Program-made: the position numbers and the translations under genes
Shown here: positions 53,276-64,000 of the stretch, piece by piece
Position numbering within the stretch: the first letter of the stretch is position 1
How the letters are laid out: each line of letters starts with the position of its first letter
From: the human T2T-CHM13v2.0 reference genome, Homo sapiens
NCBI RefSeq assembly: GCF_009914755.1
Contig: NC_060942.1
Length of the DNA: 64,000 nt
Reading direction: 5' to 3' (one strand)
The notes under the pieces: model-generated
Seen by the model: only the letters and a program-made list of their open reading frames with translations
Databases searched by the model: none
Told to the model about the DNA's origin: nothing

Positions 53276-55815
53276 AAAAGTGTCTATATTAATATCACAT
53301 AAAATAAACTTCAGAACAAAGAAAATTATCATAGATATAGAGGGACATTACATAATGAAAAAAGGGCCAATCCACAAAGAAGACATAGCAATCTAGAATG
53401 TGTGTGCACTAAACAAAAGAGCCACAAAAATAGATGAAGCAAAACCCAAAAGAACAGAAAGAGGAAATAAGCAAATCCACAATTATAAATGAAGACTTGA
53501 CTACCTCTCTTAACAATTGATAGAACAACTAGACAGAAAATCAGCAAGGATATAGAAGAAGTCAACACCATAACAAATAGGATCTAATTGATATTTATAG
53601 ATTACCACCAAACAGCAGAAGAATACACATTCTTTTCAAGTCCCTACCTAACAATATCAAGATAGACCACATTTTAGGCATAAAACAAAACCCAACACAT
53701 TTAAAAGAGTTGAAATTATTAAGAGTGTGTTCTCTGATTACAATGGAATTGAGCTAGAAATTAAAAACAGAAGCGTAACAGGAAAATCTCCAACACTTGG
53801 GAATTAAACAACACACTTATAAATAATCCATGGGTCAAAGAGAAAGTTGCAAAGAAACTTTAAAAATACATTCAACTGAATAAAAATGAAAATATAATGT
53901 GGCAAAATGTGTGGAGCACGGCTAAAACAGTGATGAGAGTAAACTTTATAGCACTAAATACATATATTAGAAAAGAAGAAAGGTCCCAAATTAATCATCT
54001 ATGCCCCTGTCTCAAAACCTAGAAAAATAAGAGGAAATAAACTCAAAGCAAGCAGAAGGAAGAACATAATAAAGATATAAGCAGAAATCTATGAAATCAG
54101 AAAAAAGATAGAGAAAATCAACAAAGCCAAAGCCTGGTTCTTTGAAAAGATTAATATAATTGACAAATCTCTAACATGATTGAGAAAGAAAAAAGATTAA
54201 AATACAAATTACCAATATCAAGAGTGAAACAAAGGATATCAATATAGGCCCTGCAGACATCAAAGATTAATAATGGATATTTAAAACAATTCTACACACA
54301 TAAATTTAACAACTTAGACAAAATGGACCACTTTCTCAAAGAACACAAACTACCAATGCACCCAGTATGGAACATACATAATTTGAATAGAACTACAACT
54401 ACTAAGAAATTGAATTCATAATTTATAAACCTCCAAGAAATAATCTCCATCTCCAGATGGTTTCACTGGAAAATTTTACTAAATGTTTAAAGTAGAATGA
54501 ACACCAATTATGCACAATCTTTTCTATAAAATAGAAGACAAAAGAATACTTTCAATTCATTCTATATAGATACAATTACCCTGAATTTTTTAAAAGTAAG
54601 TTTAAAGAAAGAAAGAAAGAAAAAGAAAATTACAGACCAATATCCCTCAAGAATATAGTTGCAAAAATCTACTTCAATAGAATTCAGCAATATATAAAAC
54701 GTCATACATACACACACATTTATAATTATAAACCATGAGCAAATGGAGTTTACGCTGGGATGCACAAATAATTTAGCATTTGAACATCAAAATCTGTCAG
54801 TGTAAATCACTATGTTAACAGGCTAAATTAAAACCAGCATGATAATGTCAATCTTGCAGAAAAAGCATTTGACAAAGTTCAGTGTTCATTTATCATAAAA
54901 ACACTAAAACCCTACTTATCATAAAAACATAGCCACTTGTTCAATCTCATAAAGAGCTTCTACAAAAAGACCTACAGCTAACATTATACTAATGTTGAAA
55001 GACTAAATTTTCCCCTAAAATTGGAAATAAGGCAAGCATATCCACTCTCATCACTCTTATTCAACACGTTGCTGGAAGTTGTAGCCAGTGCAATAAGGCA
55101 AGAAGAAGAAATAAAAAGCATGTAGATTGGAAAGGAAGAAATATAAGTATCTCTGTTTGCAGATGACATTATTGTCTAAGTGGAAAATCCCAAGGAACCT
55201 ACCATCTATTAGGACCTCTTGGACCTAATAAGTGAACTCAGCAAATTCACAGGATAGAAGATAAACATACAAAATTCAATTGTATTTTGATATACTATCA
55301 ATGAGCACATGGACAGTAAAATTAAAATACAATGCCATTTATGATTCCTCCAAATAAAATATTTAGGTATAAATCTAATGAAACATCTACAGGACTTATA
55401 TACTGAAACTACACAATGCCGATGAAAGAAATCAAATATCTAAATAAATGAAGGGGCAGGATGTCAATTTTCTTTAAATTGATATATAGGTTTAATGCAC
55501 TTCATATCAAAATCCCAGCAAGACTTTTTATAGAAATAGACAAGAGTACTTGAATATTTACATAGAAAAGCCTATAATCTATTTCAAGAGTTATTATATA
55601 GTCATAGCAATCAGGACTGCATGGTATCTTTGAAGAGATAATGACATATATCAATGGAACAAAACAGAGAACCCCAAGATAGACCCCTGTGAATATGCCC
55701 AAGTGATTTTTTCAGAAAAGTGCAGAAGCAATTCAATGGAGGAAAGATTTTTATTCAACAAATGGCACTGGAGCCATTGGATATCCACAAGCAAAAAGAA
55801 ATAAATGAACCTCTG

Positions 55816-56131
<316 letters not shown>

Positions 56132-57299
56132 TCATGTAGTAATTCATACAAAGTAGATCACAGATTTAAATCAAAACATAAATCTATAAAATTCAGGAAG
56201 AAAAAACAAAAGAAAAATTCTAAGCAGAGTGCTTACACTTAACACCACACACATGATCCATACAAGGAAAAATTGATAAACTGAATCTCATCAAAATTAA
56301 ACTGTTGCTCTGCAAGCTATGGACCGGAGAAAATATTTGCAAACCACATAAATGACAAAGGGCTAGTATCTAGAAAATACAAAAGATTCTCAAACACAGC
56401 AATTAAAAAAATCAAACAATCCAATTGGAAAACGGGATAAAAGATATGAAGAGACACTACACCAGAGAGTGTACACAGATGGCAAATAAGAATATGAAAA
56501 AGATGTCCAAAATCATTAGCTATTAGGGACACAAATTAAAACCATAATGAGGTGCCACTACCCACCTATCAGAAAAACAAACATTTAAAAATAGTGAAAC
56601 ATTAAATGCTGGTAAGAATGCAGAGAATGGAGATCTCTCATGCTTTCCTGGCAGGAATATAAAATGGTACAGTCACTCTGGAAAATAGTTTGGTAGTTTC
56701 TTTAAAAACTAAACATGTAACCTAGCAGTTGTACTCCTGAGCATTTATCCCAGAGAAACAAAGACTTATGTTTACACAAAAACCTGTTGATAACAGCTTT
56801 ATTTGTATTAGCCAAAAACTGGAAACAACCCAGATATTTGTCAATGGATGAATGGTTAAACAAACTGTGGTACATTCATACCATGGAAGTGTCTCAGTAA
56901 TAAAAGGAACAAGCTATTGATATATGCAACAATCTGGACAAATCTCTAGAGAATGATGCTAAGTGAGAAAAGCCAATCCCTAAAGATTACATACATTATT
57001 ATTTCATTTATACAACATTCTTTAAATGACAAAATTATAGAAACGGAGAACAGATTAGAGGTTTCCAGGGGTTAAGGAGTGGACGGGTACAGAAGACAAG
57101 TTAATATGGGCAATCAGAGGGAGGCTTATGGTGATGTTCTATAACTTGACTACATCAACATCAATGTCTTGGTTGTGATACTATGCTATAGCTTTGCAAG
57201 AAGTTACCATTGGAAATGGTACATGAGCTCTCTCTGTATTATTTCTTTCAGCTATATATGAATTAACAATTATCTCATAATAAAAAGTTAAATTTAAAA

Positions 57300-59350
<2,051 letters not shown>

Positions 59351-60814
59351 GTATGTAAATGATCCTGGACCCCTATCTCACACCAAACACAAAAATTAAT
59401 TTGAAATAGATCATAGATCTAGATGTAAATTCAACCTATCAAACTTCTGGGAAAAAAAATAAACCAAGAGAATAATCTTTATGAGTTTTGTCAGCAGATT
59501 TTTTGGGGACATAAAAATCACTAAAAAGAGGGGGGGATCAATTAATTTAAGTCTCCCCAAAAAATCTTTCTCTTCTTAAATCAGTAGTTATAATCCTAGC
59601 AGCACATTTAAGTCATCTGGAGCATGTACAAATAAAAGCACAATACCCATCCCAGACTAACTGAATCACAATATCTTCTTGAGAAACATTGACTTAAAGT
59701 TTGGACTCCATTGATTTTCAAAGCAACAAATGTGCCTCACAGAGAGGTTATGTAGCCTTACATCTCTAACATATGAAATATTTTTTGTTTGCATATGAAT
59801 ACATAAATGGAGAAAGTAAGTTATATACACGTATTAATTTATTCAATTTGATTATTATGTATCAGGGACTATGTTGGATGCTTAGTTACAAAAAGACTGA
59901 GACACAATCCTTGGCCACAATTATAGGAAGAGTCAGAGTTCTAGGTGGGATAAAAGTTGTGCAAATATATGACGTGCATACACAAAGAGATAGATTTCAT
60001 CTTGTGTGGGTGTCAGGAAGAGGAGTTGGCAAAGTCCTTAGAGAAGAAGAAGGGATTTCCATTAAGCCAAGTCTCAAAAGATGATTATGATGTGATCTGG
60101 TTGTCCTGGACAACTTGACTAACCACACCTCCCCAACCCCGCAGGCAACACACACACATTTTTGTGCACATACCGGCAACATATATATTTTTCAAAATCC
60201 TAGGTAGCCATGCCTGCCTTATAGTTAACGTTTCGAAGATTCTTTCTCTACCCATTGTCCTGGATTAATATCAAAACAGAACGAAGAAAGAAGCTTAAGG
60301 GAGAAAATCCACTGCATCTTCAGATTGTTTCCTTCTTTCTGATCTCAGGAGGTCCAGGGAGGTAGGAAGAACCTTTTCACCTGTTTCCTCATATTGTTCC
60401 TCTATTGTCCTCTCCAGCTGGTAAGCCCCAACATCGTGTATCTTAAAAAGCTAATGAGGCCAGGACAGAATTGCCATTTAAATTCTTTAGTAACATTTCC
60501 TCTTACAGTCTGAGCTCTTATCCTCTGACTTGTTTCCTTAAGTTTCTATCAAGCTCCTCAGTCAGGTTAGTTGGAATATTCCCATGCTTCTTCCTTTTTC
60601 TGTTAGAGAATAAGGTCTATTATATAACTCCTTCATCTCCTTAGAAATACAGATAGCCTATCAGCAGTTTTGGAAAAACATCCCAACTGATTTTAGGGCA
60701 TTGAGGCGTTTGATGGGAGGAAGCTATCTATACAAAGAGTGAATGCTGTACAAACAGCAAACTTTACAGGGAAAAAGTTGATATTTATAGATACTCATTT
60801 ATACCCCAGGGCAA

Positions 60815-60825
60815 GACAGACAGAC

Positions 60826-60870
<45 letters not shown>
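60815..60870. repeat. Compound STR (GACA)3(GATA)11
   Basis: Directly visible. Confidence 0.97.
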
Positions 60871-60871
<1 letters not shown>

Positions 60872-62449
60872 CAATATATTGATATCTGTTTATCCATTGA
60901 GTCAAACAAATAAACACACATAGATTACAAAGGTCCTTTTCTCTTCCCATGCCTGAAGAGAAAGGAGGCCTGTGGTTTCTTTCCATAGATATGCATCACT
61001 CCTGAAAAGCACACTCACATCTTGTTTATATATTACAGCCTTCCGCTACTTCACCAAATGTCTCCTGGCCTTTGCTCAGTGAGCCAGTTGAGCTCCCAGA
61101 AAAATCCTTCATTCTTTCCCAACTGTGCCTCCCAAGACAGATGTTTTATATCAAGGACACCAAGTCCTGCCCTGAGGACTTAGCCAGCAAAAACTCACTA
61201 GAGGCCCTTGCCTTCAGGAGATGATGTAACCTTGGAGAGATGTGTGCTACAATCTCCCTGCAAAGGCGGAAGACAGCGTGAACTCACAGGGGACCCAGGC
61301 CAGGGTATTGGGTGGGCCATCCCTCTCTGTTGTGATGAGTGGCTATAGTGTGTAAGTCAGCCTGGGAAAATGTCTGCTCAGTCCCAGGAGTGGATTCCAC
61401 AGCTCTTTGGTTGACAGTTCAGTTCCCACCATCTTCTGCTTGCAAGTCTTCTTAGGGCAATGCTGCAGGGTAGGTCCTTGTCCTGTTTTATTCAAGAGCA
61501 CTCCTGGTATGGCCCCACCATCTGTGCAGAGAGCAAGGCTTCACATGTCTCCAGGGTCTTCTGGTAAGTTGGATATGACAAGTGAGAACCCAGCAGTCTG
61601 GGGACAGTGCTCAGAGCAGTGTAAAGGGCAGTCACACAGCCAAGTACTTTCCAAGGCAGGGCAGGCCTTGCCAGTCCTCACTCAGAGATGTTCACACCAG
61701 CCTTGTGTACAGCATGCTTAGCTCTTTGATTTCTGAGCCCTCAGCTATCACAAGTAGTCAATTCTCAGGAGAGGCTGAGTTGGGAGATGGACCTAATGAC
61801 ATTGCCTAGCACACAGTAGGCACTCAAAGCATATTAGATGAACGACAGAATGATCAAACAGCATCAAAAAGGCACAGCTAACGAGAAGAGGGGGCCCAGG
61901 AAAACAAATAAGTAAAATTGATGCTTTCGTGCCTGGGCCCTTTAGGACAAGGAAAAGAACTCAGGATTGCAAACTGCTAGTCTGAACTAGGGACTTGACA
62001 TTTATTATCTGAGTCACTCATGTAGCCATCCTGGGAGGTATTAGGAACACCCTTTTACAGATGCAGAGGTGGAAGCCTGGAGAAGGGAAGTGGTTCCCCC
62101 CAGGTCCTCCATCCAGTAAGGGGCAAGGCCTCAGTCCCAACAAAGCTCTACCTCTGTTGCAGCTCATAGCTCAGTTTCCTCAACTACAGAAAGGATGCAG
62201 CGTTGCTTATCAAATGGGGTGGTTTCGAAAGCAGCATATTTAAACTCTGGATTAGGACCCCATTAAACTTGAATCTGGATCAGATCTAGGGAGAAGTTTA
62301 CTTTTGTGCTATTCATAAAAGAAAAGGTTTAGAAAGCCAAGAACCGTGTAAACCACATTGCTGGGTGGGAGGATGTGAAAAGTATGTAAGCAAATAAACT
62401 ATCTCTAAGCAACTCAAACATAAGACAAACATTTATTTGCATATAGATG

Positions 62450-62775
62450 AGTGATGTGATTGCTTCTGCCTGGAACCATTTTTCACTTTTCTGTGTTTTC
62501 CCCTTTTTTTCTAACTAACTTTTATTTATCCTTCAAGTCATGCCTTAACTGTCATGCCCTGTGGAAAGCCTCTACTGACCCCTGCACTAAGTGACTCACT
62601 TCTATTATACTATCCTGTGTCCTCCATTATTTTAATTGCTTGTTTATTTTCTGTCTTCCTTTCCAGGCAGCAAATTCCACAGTAACAGTAGCAATGATGT
62701 CCTTAGCACTTAGCACAGTCCCTGACACACTGCCAAAAGTACATGTAAAATGAATATATGAAAGAATAAATGATA
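62450..62775 (+). mobile_element. L2 3' end
   Basis: ttctgcctggaac...tccttcaagtc...cctagcacttagcacagt-like segment...gaataaatga. Confidence 0.7.
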
Positions 62776-63174
62776 TGCTAATTACAAATCACAGGTTCCT
62801 CTAAGATACTTTTCCCAAACAAGTCACTAAATGGATTGAATAGTCACTCCTTTAACTGCTTGTTCTCTCTCTGTGCCTTTTTCAACAACTTTTGATTAAA
62901 TCGCTACTGTTCATCAGATTCCATACTAGATGAAATAGACACATTTATTTGCCCTACGTAACCCACTGTGTCCCGTTCACATGTCTGTAGAGTGCCCATA
63001 ATGCTTTGTAGCACTCATCTATTTACATGTTTGTCTCTACAACTAAAAGGCTATAAACTCGTAGAACTCAGAGTTAGGGTATTGATCATCTTACATCACC
63101 AGAACCTGGCACAGTGAGTGGTAGAGAATAAGTACTTTATAATTGTATTTGGAGTGGTGAATAAAATATTTTAA

Positions 63175-63978
<804 letters not shown>

Positions 63979-64000
63979 AAGTTTGCTCATTTTATAATGA

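Noticed and set aside
60815-60870. Identity with a named forensic STR locus
   Set aside because: The flanks do not match any marker I can reliably recall.

Overview
Primate (human-like) genomic DNA with no intact protein-coding gene. Most of the window is interspersed repeat: L1 of several ages, L2, MIR, Alu, MaLR/ERV solo LTRs, hAT and Tigger DNA transposons, and microsatellites. The main non-repeat signal is a heavily decayed, intron-containing gene remnant on the minus strand at about 564-3192. It has 6-7 exon-like blocks separated mostly by 67-95 nt introns. Its reconstructed translation resembles a type II membrane NXPE/CPED1-like protein (Ig/filamin-like stalk plus PC-esterase/SGNH O-acyltransferase domain), so it is a candidate unprocessed, possibly unitary, pseudogene. 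Other notable items are a ~450 bp C-rich hexamer VNTR (8514-8960), an L1 nested in an L1 with both TSD pairs visible, an old L1MA with an internally displaced and inverted ORF1 segment, several short locally templated insertions, and a few candidate regulatory motif clusters. Repeat subfamily names and protein similarities come from recalled consensus sequences, not from a search. I could not identify the genomic locus.
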